DNA of 64,000 nt from SAR202 cluster bacterium (GCA_016872415.1 VGZX01000002.1:19447-83446), one strand, 5' to 3'. Positions 1 through 8,792 are shown, counted from the stretch's first letter. The notes: a model not told the origin generated them from the letters alone. Program-made: numbers and translations.

Positions 1-156
1 ACCACCGAGGGCGGGCTGGAACCGGCGATGCGCCTGGCCCATTGGTTCTCGTTCTTCGCGTTCGGCGTGCTGTTCGTCTACATGACCATGCTGCGGAGCG
101 GCCAGCACCACGACGAAGAACGGATCGACGAGCTCCGCCGTACTACCATCGAGTGA
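1..156 (+). CDS. ccmC: Heme exporter protein CcmC, C-terminal fragment (gene starts upstream of the window)
   Basis: Frame 1 is open from the window edge to TGA at 154-156. The tail ...RLAHWFSFFAFGVLFVYMTMLRSGQHHDEERIDELRRTTIE is a final TM helix plus a charged end. It lies directly upstream of the ccmD-like and ccmE genes (canonical ccmC-D-E order). Identity is inferred from context only. Confidence 0.4.
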   Translation, partial: TTEGGLEPAMRLAHWFSFFAFGVLFVYMTMLRSGQHHDEERIDELRRTTIE

Positions 157-182
157 CCTGCCCTCGTGCTGAAGGAGCGACC

Positions 183-428
183 ATGCGCGCCCGCATAACG
201 TTCGTCCTGCTCGCCATCGCCGCGCTGCTCGTGACGCCGCGAGCCGCGCTGGCGCAGACCGGCACCGGCACGCCGGAGGATGGTCTGGGCTACGTGCTGG
301 CCGCCTTCGGTCTCGCGTGGGCATTGTTCTTCGCTTACGTCTTCTACTTGGAGCGTAAGAGCCGCCAGCTGCGGCGCGACCTGGACGCCGTGCGCCGCGA
401 CGCCGCCGAGCATCAGCGGCGGGCCTGA
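183..428 (+). CDS. ccmD: CcmD-family small membrane protein (variant with N-terminal signal peptide)
   Basis: The internal ATG at 183 of ORF 42-428 gives an 81-aa protein. It has a signal-like N-terminus (MRARITFVLLAIAALLVTPRAALA). It then has one TM helix followed by a basic stretch (YVLAAFGLAWALFFAYVFYLERKSRQLRRDL), as in CcmD. It occupies the position between ccmC and ccmE. Confidence 0.5.
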   Translation: MRARITFVLLAIAALLVTPRAALAQTGTGTPEDGLGYVLAAFGLAWALFFAYVFYLERKSRQLRRDLDAVRRDAAEHQRRA

Positions 429-500
429 CGGCCGGGCCGCGCTTGCCCGCCGGCCGCGCGCTCCATAAGATAGTGCGGAGCATCACAATCGGAGATTCGC

Positions 501-980
501 GTGCAATACACGCCAGCCGCGCCACCGAGTGAACCCCAACCCCGCTCGTTCCTCACGGGCAAGGTGAAACTGGCCGTCCTCGGCGTGATCCTCGTGCTTG
601 CCTTCAGCTACGTGGGCTACTTGGCGGTGAAGAACACCGCCGACTTCTACAGCGTGGACGAACTGGTGGACAACGGTGGCGCCATCGCCAACCGGAACGT
701 GCTGGTCGAGGGCAAGCTCGTTTACGAGAGCTTCAGCCGCGGCGGCACGACACTCGCCAACTTCACGCTCCAGGGCGAGACGCACACGCTGCCCGCCAAC
801 TTCCGCGGCGCCCTGCCCGACCTCTTCTTCAACCCGCATTCGACCATCATGCTCGACGGCCATTACGATCCGCAGGGCTATTTCGTGGCCCAGCGCGTGC
901 TGGTGAAGTGTCCGTCGAAGTACCGTTCGCTGGACCTGGAGCTGCCGCCGGACTATCAACAGCCGCCGCCTTCGGCCTGA
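501..980 (+). CDS. ccmE: Cytochrome c-type biogenesis heme chaperone CcmE, Cys (CxxxY) variant
   Basis: GTG start at 501 with GGAGA 5 nt upstream. An N-terminal membrane anchor is followed by an OB-fold-like region. By eye it aligns with E. coli CcmE around G-x-LPDLF ... VL-x-K-[H]-x3-Y. Here the sequence is GALPDLFF ... RVLVKCPSKY, with Cys137 (codon 909-911) in place of the heme-binding His. Confidence 0.85.
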   Translation: MQYTPAAPPSEPQPRSFLTGKVKLAVLGVILVLAFSYVGYLAVKNTADFYSVDELVDNGGAIANRNVLVEGKLVYESFSRGGTTLANFTLQGETHTLPANFRGALPDLFFNPHSTIMLDGHYDPQGYFVAQRVLVKCPSKYRSLDLELPPDYQQPPPSA

Positions 981-1429
981 TGCGGGGCGAGCCGCCACGC
1001 GAGTTCGCGCGCGGCACCCGCCAGGCGCTGGACGCGCGCTGGCTAGCCTATCTCGCCGAGTCGGCCATCCACCCGGCCGAACCGACCGTCCCGCATCCGC
1101 TATTCGCCCGCGCCGTGTACGAGTTCAACGGCGGCCGCTGCCTGGAAAGCCACGAGACATGGGAGCTGGCCTGGCGCGACACGCCATATCCGGAGCGGCT
1201 GTTTCACCTGGCGCTCGCGAAGATCGGCGCCGCATTCGCGCATGCCCAGCGGGGCAACGCGCACGGAGCGCGGCGCCTGCTGACGGACGGCCTGCACGTG
1301 CTGGAGCCGTTCCGGCCCTCGTATCACGGCATCGACGTGGAGCGTTTCGAGCGTGAAGCGCGGGCGTGGCTGGCGGCATACGACGGGCGGGACCCGGCGC
1401 TCGAGCAGCCGAGACTGCACGCGGGGTAG
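980..1429 (+). CDS. DUF309 domain protein
   Basis: ARAVYEFNGGRCLESHETWELAW resembles the DUF309 signature (F-N-x-G-x-x-x-E-x-H-E-x-x-E-x-x-W). The ATG at 980 overlaps the ccmE stop (TGATG). The upstream part of ORF 908-1429 overlaps ccmE and is probably not translated. Confidence 0.6.
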   Translation: MRGEPPREFARGTRQALDARWLAYLAESAIHPAEPTVPHPLFARAVYEFNGGRCLESHETWELAWRDTPYPERLFHLALAKIGAAFAHAQRGNAHGARRLLTDGLHVLEPFRPSYHGIDVERFEREARAWLAAYDGRDPALEQPRLHAG

Positions 1430-1502
1430 CGCGCCCGCGCCGCTCAGACGAGCAGGCGCCCCGATGGCCGGAGCGCCTGCTGTGTTCGGGGTTCAACGAA
1501 AC

Positions 1503-1679
1503 CTATGCCGCTTGCGAGCCTCGACGCGAGGGCGCCTTGGTTTTCACCGGCACCGTCACCATCGCCGGCTTCAGGTCAACCACGTGGCCGCATTGCACGC
1601 ATTGGTTGTATGGCCCATAGATGTCGCCGGAAACGTGCAGGTCGCCACCACACCTCGGGCAAGCCTTGAACAAGATCAT
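1503..1679 (-). CDS. Small zinc-ribbon protein (58 aa), function unknown
   Basis: The internal ATG at 1679 of ORF 1503-1796 is preceded by GGAGGTGGAC (a GGAGG Shine-Dalgarno). The product MILFKACPRCGGDLHVSGDIYGPYNQCVQCGHV... has two CxxC knuckles. It is divergent from hspR. Confidence 0.5.
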   Translation of the reverse strand: MILFKACPRCGGDLHVSGDIYGPYNQCVQCGHVVDLKPAMVTVPVKTKAPSRRGSQAA

Positions 1680-1865
1680 CGTCCACCTCCTTGATCCTTC
1701 CGCCTCCCCCACTGGTACGTGCGTTCCAATTTCCGGTAACGCCGTTTGCCGTGCGGGCCCGTCGGGCACCGCAATATGTACGCGCTCCTCTATCATTACG
1801 TTTTCCGTGCACCCATGTCAGGCGTCACCATGGTTGGATGCGGGCGAATGCATATATGATGCAGG

Positions 1866-1895
1866 TTGACACGGAGCATATCAACTCGGTATCAT
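1866..1895 (+). promoter_or_regulatory. Sigma-70-like promoter upstream of hspR-grpE-dnaK
   Basis: TTGACA (1866-1871), an 18-nt spacer, then TATCAT (1890-1895). It lies about 65 nt upstream of the hspR ATG. Confidence 0.5.
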
Positions 1896-1959
1896 ACGCC
1901 ACGGAAAGCATTCGTTCAACCTTTTCATCCCCAAGGCCGGGAAGCCACGGGAGCGATCG

Positions 1960-2478
1960 ATGGGTAGCCGAACAGCACGCCACTCCAGAACCAAGGACTC
2001 CCGCCCGTTCGTGGAGTCGATCTCGATGCCGATCGAGCTGCTGCAACGCGACGCGATGCAGCAGCGCCGCCGGACGGAACAGGAGCTGACGCCGGAAGCC
2101 GATGTGCAGGTGCAGGGCGTCTACATCATCAGCGTGGCCTGCCGGATCCTAGGGATGCATCCGCAAACGTTGCGGAAATACGAGCGCATGGGCCTCATCC
2201 GGCCCTCGCGCACGGCGGGGCATCTCCGTCTCTATTCAGACAAGGATATCGCCCGCTTGCGCATGATCAAGCACTTGGTGGACGAATTGCGTCTTAACCT
2301 GGCGGGCGTGGAGATGGTGATGGCACTTGTGGAACGATTGGACACATTGCGCCAGCGGGTTTCGCCGGACACCGGCATCGGGGATGTTTTCGAGGCGTTC
2401 GAGCGCGAAGTCCAAGACATCTTGCAGATGCTGCAGGGACTCGACCAACTGAGCACCGAGGAGGCGGAGGAATCGTGA
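1960..2478 (+). CDS. hspR: MerR-family heat-shock repressor HspR
   Basis: The MerR helix-turn-helix GVYIISVACRILGMHPQTLRKYERMGLIRPSRTAGHLRLYSDKDIARLRMIKHL is typical of HspR. It lies directly upstream of, and overlaps, grpE. ATG 1960 has GGGAG 6 nt upstream; the alternative ATG at 2023 also has a GGAG. Confidence 0.8.
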   Translation: MGSRTARHSRTKDSRPFVESISMPIELLQRDAMQQRRRTEQELTPEADVQVQGVYIISVACRILGMHPQTLRKYERMGLIRPSRTAGHLRLYSDKDIARLRMIKHLVDELRLNLAGVEMVMALVERLDTLRQRVSPDTGIGDVFEAFEREVQDILQMLQGLDQLSTEEAEES

Positions 2479-3026
2479 GCCAGGAAGAGCAACAACAGCA
2501 AACCGAGGGGCAGGCCGCGAACGAGACGCCGCAGGCCGGACCGGAGTTGGAGGAGGCGCGTCGCGAACGCGACCAGTTCCGGGCGATGGCGCAGCGGGCG
2601 CAGGCCGACCTCATCAACTACCGCCGTCGCACCGACGAGGAGCGCCAGCAGCTCTCGCGCAATGCGACCAACCAGATGCTGATGCGTTTCGTGCCGGTGG
2701 TTGACGATTTGCAGCGCGCGGTCGGCGCGTTGCCCGCCGATGCGCCCGAGTCGTGGAGGCAGGGTGTGATGCTCATTCTGCGCCATCTCCAGCAGCTCAT
2801 CGAGAACGAGGGCTTGGTGGCGTACAATCCCGAACCCGGGGCGTCGTTCGACCCGGTTTTGCACGAGGCCGTCTACTTCCAGCCAACCACGGAGCACGAG
2901 CCGGGCACGGTGGTCACCAGCGTCCGTGCCGGCTACCGCAGCAGCGACCGCATTCTGCGGCCGGCGCAGGTGGTGGTGGCGCAACCGAAAGACGAAGCCG
3001 CGCGGAGCGCGTCGGGCGGCCAGTAA
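2475..3026 (+). CDS. grpE: Nucleotide exchange factor GrpE
   Basis: An acidic/Gln-rich N-terminus is followed by QRAQADLINYRRRTDEERQQL ... VVDDLQRA ... HEAV, a GrpE pattern. The GTG start overlaps the hspR stop. It lies upstream of dnaK. Confidence 0.9.
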   Translation: MSQEEQQQQTEGQAANETPQAGPELEEARRERDQFRAMAQRAQADLINYRRRTDEERQQLSRNATNQMLMRFVPVVDDLQRAVGALPADAPESWRQGVMLILRHLQQLIENEGLVAYNPEPGASFDPVLHEAVYFQPTTEHEPGTVVTSVRAGYRSSDRILRPAQVVVAQPKDEAARSASGGQ

Positions 3027-3071
3027 ATAATCGCACCGTCCCGGTCAGCCGGGGCAGAGGAGAATGAGGCA

Positions 3072-4976
3072 GTGGCTAAGGTAATCGGAATCGACCTCGG
3101 GACGACAAACTCCTGCGTCGCCGTGATGGAGGCGGGAGAGCCATTGGTTCTGGAGAACGCGGAGGGCGCCCGCACCACGCCATCCGTCGTCGCCGTGAAC
3201 CCGAAGAGTGGCGAGCGCTATGTCGGCCTCACGGCGAAGCGCCAGGCGGTGACCAATCCGCAGAACACCATCTACTCGGTGAAGCGGTTGATCGGCCGCA
3301 AGTTCAACGAAGTGCAGAGCGAGATCAAGACGCTCGGCTACGAGGTGGTCGCCGGCAAGAACGGCGACGCCGCGGTGAAGATGGGCGACCGCATCTATTC
3401 GCCGCCCGAGGTATCGGCGATGGTGTTGGCGAAGCTGAAGGCCGACGCGGAGGCCAAGCTGGGCGAGCCGGTGCGCCAGGCGGTGATCACGGTGCCCGCC
3501 TACTTCAACGACAGCCAGCGCCAGGCGACCAAGGACGCCGGGACCATCGCGGGGCTCGAGGTGCTGCGGATCATCAACGAGCCCACGGCGGCGTCGCTCG
3601 CCTACGGCTTGGACAAGAAGAAGGACGAGACCATCGCCGTTTACGACCTGGGCGGCGGCACGTTCGACATCTCGATCCTGCACATCGGCGAGGGCGTGTT
3701 CGAAGTCAAATCGACCAACGGCGACACGCGCCTGGGCGGCGACGACTTCGACCAGCGCATCATCGACTGGCTCGCCACGGAGTTCCAGAAGGACCAGGGC
3801 ATCGACCTCCGCAAGGACCGCATGGCCCTGCAGCGCCTGAAGGAAGCCGCCGAGCGGGCGAAGATCGAGCTGTCGTCCGCGATGCAGACGGAGATTAACC
3901 TGCCGTTCATCACGGCGGACGCCTCGGGCCCGAAGCACCTGACCATAAGCCTGACGCGGGCGAAGCTGGAGCAGATCACCGCCGACCTCATCGAGCGGAC
4001 TGTCGGCCCGGTGCAGCAGGCGCTGAAGGATGCGGGCGTGACGGCGCGCGATATCAACGAGGTGGTGCTGGTGGGCGGCATGACCCGCATGCCTGCCGTC
4101 ATCGCCAAGGCGAAGGAGCTGTTCAGCAAGGACCCGCACCGCGGGGTGAACCCGGACGAGGTGGTCGCCATCGGCGCCGCCATTCAGGCCGGCGTGCTGC
4201 AGGGCGAGGTGAAGGACATTCTGCTGCTGGACGTGACGCCGCTGACGTTGGGCATCGAAACGCTGGGCGGCGTGATGACGCCGCTTATCAAGCGCAACAC
4301 GACGATTCCCACCTCGAAGAGCGAGGTGTTCACGACGGCGGCGGACGGCCAAACGAGCGTGGAGGTGCACGTCCTCCAGGGCGAGCGGCCGATGGCGAAC
4401 CAGAACAAGACGATCGGGCGCTTCTCGCTCGATGGCATCCCCCCCTCACCGCGCGGCATGCCGCAGATCGAGGTGACGTTCGACATCGACGCGAACGGCA
4501 TCTTGAACGTGTCGGCGAAGGACCGCGCGACGGGCAAGAGCCAGCGCATCACGATCACGGCATCGTCCGGCCTCGCCAAGGACGAGGTCGAGAAGCTGGT
4601 GCGCGAGGCGGAAGCGCACGTCGAGGAGGACCGCCGCGCCCGCGAGCTGATCGAGGTGCGGAATCAGGCGGACAATGCGGTGTACCAGGCGGAAAAGAGC
4701 CTGCGCGAGCATGGCGACAAGGTTGGCGACGACGTGAAGTCGGAGGTGCAGCGCGGCATCGACAACGTGAAATCGGCCATGCAAGGCGAGGACGCGGCGC
4801 GCATTCGCGCGGCGGTGGACGGCCTGATGCAGGCGCTGACGAAGATCGGCCAGGCTGTTTACTCGGCCACCGGCGGCGGCGCGCAGCCGGGCGCCGGCCC
4901 CGAGGGCGGTAACCCGCCACCTCCCGGCGCCCGGAAGCCGGACGACACGGTCGAGGGCGAGTATCGGGAAGTGTAG
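3072..4976 (+). CDS. dnaK: Molecular chaperone DnaK (Hsp70)
   Basis: 634 aa. It has canonical Hsp70 motifs ([31 protein letters not shown], substrate-binding domain) and an acidic C-terminus ending in EGEYREV. Confidence 0.98.
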   Translation: MAKVIGIDLGTTNSCVAVMEAGEPLVLENAEGARTTPSVVAVNPKSGERYVGLTAKRQAVTNPQNTIYSVKRLIGRKFNEVQSEIKTLGYEVVAGKNGDAAVKMGDRIYSPPEVSAMVLAKLKADAEAKLGEPVRQAVITVPAYFNDSQRQATKDAGTIAGLEVLRIINEPTAASLAYGLDKKKDETIAVYDLGGGTFDISILHIGEGVFEVKSTNGDTRLGGDDFDQRIIDWLATEFQKDQGIDLRKDRMALQRLKEAAERAKIELSSAMQTEINLPFITADASGPKHLTISLTRAKLEQITADLIERTVGPVQQALKDAGVTARDINEVVLVGGMTRMPAVIAKAKELFSKDPHRGVNPDEVVAIGAAIQAGVLQGEVKDILLLDVTPLTLGIETLGGVMTPLIKRNTTIPTSKSEVFTTAADGQTSVEVHVLQGERPMANQNKTIGRFSLDGIPPSPRGMPQIEVTFDIDANGILNVSAKDRATGKSQRITITASSGLAKDEVEKLVREAEAHVEEDRRARELIEVRNQADNAVYQAEKSLREHGDKVGDDVKSEVQRGIDNVKSAMQGEDAARIRAAVDGLMQALTKIGQAVYSATGGGAQPGAGPEGGNPPPPGARKPDDTVEGEYREV

Positions 4977-4996
4977 CATCGCGCTCGGTGGAGATT

Positions 4997-5025
4997 CGGA
5001 AGGGGCGGCCAGGTGCCGCCCCTTC
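4997..5025 (+). terminator. Stem-loop downstream of dnaK (putative intrinsic terminator without a clear U-tract)
   Basis: A perfect 12-bp stem, GGAAGGGGCGGC (4997-5008) paired with GCCGCCCCTTCC (5014-5025), with loop CAGGT. It starts 21 nt after the dnaK stop. Confidence 0.55.
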
Positions 5026-5047
5026 CCACGCCAGGAGCATTGGAGTC

Positions 5048-5209
5048 ATGCCCACCATGGACGTCATCAAGTGCACGGTCTGCGGAGCGGAAGAAACGGT
5101 GCCGTGCGGCGTGACGCGGATGCCGCTGCACGACAACGCCCAGGCGCTCCAGGCCGGGGTGCCGTGCCGCGGCAGCACCGGCGCGTTCGTCCGCACCGTG
5201 GAACGCTAG
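5048..5209 (+). CDS. Small Cys-containing protein (53 aa), function unknown
   Basis: Internal ATG at 5048 of ORF 4988-5209; the upstream part of that ORF is occupied by the dnaK hairpin. AGGAG and GGAG lie upstream. Third codon positions are almost uniformly G/C, which looks coding. The product is MPTMDVIKCTVCGAEETVPCGVTRMPLHDN...VPCRG. Confidence 0.4.
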   Translation: MPTMDVIKCTVCGAEETVPCGVTRMPLHDNAQALQAGVPCRGSTGAFVRTVER

Positions 5210-5299
5210 CGGCCTCGCCGGACGCGTGGAGGTGGAGCGAGGCCACGCCGCCGCGGTTTCCGTCATGCCTGCCGCTACCACCGTGTTGGAGGTGTCACG

Positions 5300-6136
5300 A
5301 TGGATGCCATCCGCGCCGAGCGCAAGCACGTCACCGTCAATGGCCTGCGGCTGTCCTATCTCGACTGGGGCGGCGCTGGGCGGCCGTGGCTGCTGTGCCT
5401 GCACGGCTTCACGGAGCAGGCGCACATCTTCGATGAGTTCGCCGAGGCCGTCTCGCCGCGCCACCGCGTGCTGTCGCTCGACTTCCGAGGCCACGGCGAG
5501 AGCCAGTGGGCGCCGGACGGCTACACGCGCGACAAATACCTGGCCGACGTGACCGCGTTCGTCGGCGCGCTCGGCATCGACGAGGCAACCATCGTCGGGC
5601 TGTCGCTGGGCGGTATCGTGGGCATGCTGCACGCGGCCGCGCAGCCGCGCGGGGTCAAGCGGCTCGTGCTGGCGGACATCGGCCCCGAGACGGGCGATGG
5701 CGCCACGAGGCAGCGCGCCGGCCGCCCACCGCGGCCGATGGGGTTCGCCTCGTTCGACGACGCGTTCGCCTGGTCGCGCTCGGGCAGCTGGTTTTCAGGC
5801 CCGGACGAGCAGGTGCGGAAGGACCTCGCGAACAAGCTCCGCCGGCGCGACGACGGCAAGTGGGTCTGGAAGCTCGACCCTGCCCTCTTCGAGCCGCCGG
5901 CGCGGCCCGACCCCATCACCACGGAGCGGCTGTGGCGGGCGTTCGAAGCCATCGCCTGCCCCATCATGCTCGTGCGCGGGAAGGATAGCGCGTTCGTTGA
6001 CGATGGCATTCTCGCCAGGATGCGCCGGGCGCAGCCGTCCCTGCGCCACGCCGACGTGGAGCGCGCGGCGCACATCGTGACGGTCGACAACCCGCGGGGC
6101 TTCATCGCGGCGACCAGGGAGTTCTTGGCGGCCTGA
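5300..6136 (+). CDS. Alpha/beta-fold hydrolase
   Basis: HGF oxyanion motif (LLCLHGFTEQ), a nucleophile elbow GLSLGG, and a late acid/His region (AAHIVTVDNP). GGAGG lies 7 nt upstream of the ATG. Confidence 0.8.
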   Translation: MDAIRAERKHVTVNGLRLSYLDWGGAGRPWLLCLHGFTEQAHIFDEFAEAVSPRHRVLSLDFRGHGESQWAPDGYTRDKYLADVTAFVGALGIDEATIVGLSLGGIVGMLHAAAQPRGVKRLVLADIGPETGDGATRQRAGRPPRPMGFASFDDAFAWSRSGSWFSGPDEQVRKDLANKLRRRDDGKWVWKLDPALFEPPARPDPITTERLWRAFEAIACPIMLVRGKDSAFVDDGILARMRRAQPSLRHADVERAAHIVTVDNPRGFIAATREFLAA

Positions 6137-6214
6137 CCGGCGGCGCGGCGGGAGGGGGACGGCCCGGCAAAGCCGCTGCCCTACCCGCGCCCGCGTCCAC
6201 CGGTCGGAAGACGG

Positions 6215-7135
6215 CTATCGTACCTTTTGGTTCTTCAGGTCGAACACGTCCTTCGCCAGCGTCGCCATCATCTGAAATGCGCGCTCGTGGTCCTTCGTCC
6301 CCTCGATGTCGGGCCAGTTGTACCAGTCGATCACGATGTACGGCACGCCGAGCGCCTCCAGGCCCTTCACGTCCTCGCGGACCTGCTCCAGCGTGCCGGT
6401 GCCCATGCGGCGGTCGGCGGCGGTGATCGGCTCCTTCGTGATGTGCATGCCGATGCGGACGTTCACCTGCGGCACGGGCCGCCCGGCGGCCTCGGCTTCG
6501 GCCTTCAGCAACGGGAGCCACTGGTCGCGCAGGCTGGCGAGCGACACGCGGTTGGGGTGCCACGCATCGCCGTACTTCACCGCGCGCTTCACGGAGCCTT
6601 CGCTGTTGCCGCCGACCCAAATGGGCGGGTGCGGCTTTTGGCGCGTCGCGATGGCGGAGATGCGGTCGAACTTGATGTAGCCACCGTGGTGCGTGACCTC
6701 GCCGCTGCCCGTCCACAGCGCCTTCATCGCGGCCAGCATGTCGCTGGACCAGGGACCCCGCTTGTTGTGCGGCACGCCCAGCGTCGCGAACTCGTCGGCG
6801 GCGTTGCCGATGCCCACGCCGAAGATGAAGCGCCCGTTGCTGAGCTGGTCGAGGTTCGCCACGTGGCGCGCCAAGAGTATCGGGTGCCGGTAGGGCAACA
6901 CGATGATGGTGGTGCCGAGGTCGACGCGCTTGGTCTGTCCGGCGAGCCACGAGAGCGTGATGAGAGCGTCGTAGAACGGCTCCGGGTACCGCTCGCGCAC
7001 CGATGGCGTGATCGCGACGTGGTCGGAGATGAAGATGCCGTGGTAGCCGATGCCCTCGACGACCTGCCCCCAGCGGGCGACGGAGTCGGGCGTGATGCCG
7101 GGACCGAAATTCAAGAGGTTGACGCCGACCTTCAC
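6215..7135 (-). CDS. Luciferase-like (LLM class) F420-dependent oxidoreductase
   Basis: VKVGVNLLNFGP ... FISDHV ... LGTTIIVLPYRHPILLARHVANLDQLSNGRFIFGVGIG is the typical LLM/TIGR03619-like pattern. I place the start at GTG 7135 (GGTGGGGG 7 nt upstream), not at the ORF-track start 7249. Confidence 0.8.
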   Translation of the reverse strand: MKVGVNLLNFGPGITPDSVARWGQVVEGIGYHGIFISDHVAITPSVRERYPEPFYDALITLSWLAGQTKRVDLGTTIIVLPYRHPILLARHVANLDQLSNGRFIFGVGIGNAADEFATLGVPHNKRGPWSSDMLAAMKALWTGSGEVTHHGGYIKFDRISAIATRQKPHPPIWVGGNSEGSVKRAVKYGDAWHPNRVSLASLRDQWLPLLKAEAEAAGRPVPQVNVRIGMHITKEPITAADRRMGTGTLEQVREDVKGLEALGVPYIVIDWYNWPDIEGTKDHERAFQMMATLAKDVFDLKNQKVR

Positions 7136-7207
7136 GTATGAGCCCCCACCGAGTGTAGTGTGCCGGTAGTATACGGGGTGAGCGCCCCCACCATCGCCCT
7201 TCGAGCC

Positions 7208-7921
7208 ATGATGACGTTCGACGAAGTGATCACGTATTTCGAGGCGCACGCCAAGCCGCGCAACCGCGAAGGCATGGCGCGGTACGGCATCGACGTCTCC
7301 AACACCTACGGCCTCAACACTCCCGACTTACGGGGGCTGAAGCGGCGCATCCAGCGCGATCACGCCCTGGCGCTCCGGCTGTGGGAGCATGGCTCGCGGG
7401 ACGCGCGCCTGCTCGCGGCGATGATCGCCGACCCAATGCAACTGTCCGCCGCGCAAGCAGACAGTTGGGTGGCCGGCCTCACCAGTTGGGACGTTTGCGA
7501 TGGCCTTTGCTCCGAGTTGCTGGCGCGCATGCCCCGCGCGTCGGCAAAGGCGCTGGAATGGGCGGCCGACGACCGCGAATTCTTCAAGCGCGCGGGCTTC
7601 ACGGTGATGGCGCGCATCGCCGTCAGCGACCGGGCCGCGCCGGACGAGGCTTTCGAGCCGTTCCTGGCGGCGGTGCTGGCCCACGGCGCCGACAGCAGCA
7701 ACTTCGTGCGTAAGGCCGTGAGCTGGGCGCTACACCAGATCGGCAAGCGCGACGAGCATCTGCGCCGGCGGTCGCTAGCGACGCCGCGCTCGCTGCTCGC
7801 GAGCGGCGAACGCGAGGGCCGGTGGGCCGCGATGGATGCCATCCGCGAGCTGGAGGGCGAGGCGGTCATTCGGCGGTCGGGCGCGGCTACAGCACGGCGC
7901 GCGCGATCGTCCAAAGGTTGA
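7208..7921 (+). CDS. DNA alkylation repair (AlkD-like HEAT-repeat) protein
   Basis: ...HAKPRNREGMARYGIDVSNTYGLNTPDLRGLKRRI...LWEHGSRDARLLAAMIADP...FVRKAVSWALHQIGK matches the DNA_alkylation repeat family pattern. The start is taken at the ATGATG at 7208. Confidence 0.7.
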   Translation: MMTFDEVITYFEAHAKPRNREGMARYGIDVSNTYGLNTPDLRGLKRRIQRDHALALRLWEHGSRDARLLAAMIADPMQLSAAQADSWVAGLTSWDVCDGLCSELLARMPRASAKALEWAADDREFFKRAGFTVMARIAVSDRAAPDEAFEPFLAAVLAHGADSSNFVRKAVSWALHQIGKRDEHLRRRSLATPRSLLASGEREGRWAAMDAIRELEGEAVIRRSGAATARRARSSKG

Positions 7922-8717
7922 GGCCGACGAGGGCGGCGCCGACCATTACGCCGATGACGCGGGCGGGCATGTGCCTGGCGAGGTAGGCGCCCAACGGGGC
8001 CGTGAGGAAGCTGCCCGCCATGAGGGCGACCGGCAGCGCCCAGCCGAAGCCTGACCACTTGATTTGCGAGATGACGGTGGCGGCCGTCGCGAACGCCACG
8101 AAGAACTCTACGAAGTTCACGGTGCCAATGGCGTGGCGCGGGTGCCCGCCCTTGAGCAGGATCACCGACGAGGTGGCGATGGGGCCGAACGCGCCGCTCA
8201 TGCCGTTGAGCACGCCGGCGGAAAAGCCCACGACACCCAGCTTCGCGCTGTCGGGCGCGTCGGCGATCGTGAGGCGAATGCGCGCGAGCCGGCCCGGCGC
8301 GAGGGCGACGTCGTCGCTGCCGCCGGCCACTGGCGGCACGGTCGCCGCGCCGGTGAGGAAGCGCCGGAGGATGAAAAATCCGACTCCCAACAGCAGCACC
8401 GGCACCAAGAAGCGGGACGCTTCCACGGGCAGGTGCGTGAGGACGAGACCGGCCAGCACGCCGCCGGCGACGGCGGGGACGGCCAGCGGCAGCACCCAGG
8501 AGCGCTCGACATTGCCGAACCGCAAGTGCGACAGGGCCGATGCCATGCCGCTGCCGACCTTGGCAAGGTTGACCGTGGCGACGACCACCGCCGGCGTGAC
8601 GCCGCCCGCGAGCATGATGGAGCCGGAGAAGGCGCCGAAGCCCATGCCGGCAACGGTGTCGAGAAATTGGCCGAGCGCGCCGGCGCCGATCGCTATCAGT
8701 ATCACCCACCAGACCAT
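7887..8717 (-). CDS. TauE/SafE-family anion (sulfite) exporter
   Basis: A polytopic membrane protein. It starts MVWWVILIAIGAGALGQFLDTVAGMGFGAF... and has a second repeat ...GVLNGMSGAFGPIATSSVILLKGG. I place the start at ATG 8717. Confidence 0.8.
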   Translation of the reverse strand: MVWWVILIAIGAGALGQFLDTVAGMGFGAFSGSIMLAGGVTPAVVVATVNLAKVGSGMASALSHLRFGNVERSWVLPLAVPAVAGGVLAGLVLTHLPVEASRFLVPVLLLGVGFFILRRFLTGAATVPPVAGGSDDVALAPGRLARIRLTIADAPDSAKLGVVGFSAGVLNGMSGAFGPIATSSVILLKGGHPRHAIGTVNFVEFFVAFATAATVISQIKWSGFGWALPVALMAGSFLTAPLGAYLARHMPARVIGVMVGAALVGLNLWTIARAVL

Positions 8718-8755
8718 CGCATCCACCTTCCCATCGGACCCCCGCGACGCGCGGG

Positions 8756-8792
8756 CAAACGAAAAGCCCCCGCGGACTGCGCCGGGGGGCTT
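8756..8792 (-). terminator. Putative intrinsic terminator downstream of the deacetylase gene
   Basis: On the minus strand the hairpin AAGCCCCC...GGGGGCTT (arms at 8764-8771 and 8785-8792) is followed by TTTTCGTTTG. Confidence 0.4.

Noticed and set aside
1849-1863. TGCAT-N5-ATGCA inverted repeat as the HspR operator (HAIR).
   Set aside because: It does not resemble the HAIR consensus CTTGAGT-N7-ACTCAAG. A 5-bp inverted repeat is easily fortuitous. It is mentioned only as something to test.
3045-4370. Long ORFs antisense to, or out of frame with, recognised genes. Examples are 3045-4370 (-) opposite dnaK, 25347-27371 (+) opposite the surface protein, 16997-18676 (+) opposite atpG/atpA, 39649-40719 (-) opposite hrcA and 56096-57958 (+) opposite tldD.
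   Set aside because: They are typical high-GC artefacts. Their translations are Arg/Ala/Gly/His-rich strings without motifs, and each overlaps a gene with clear family signatures on the other strand or in another frame.
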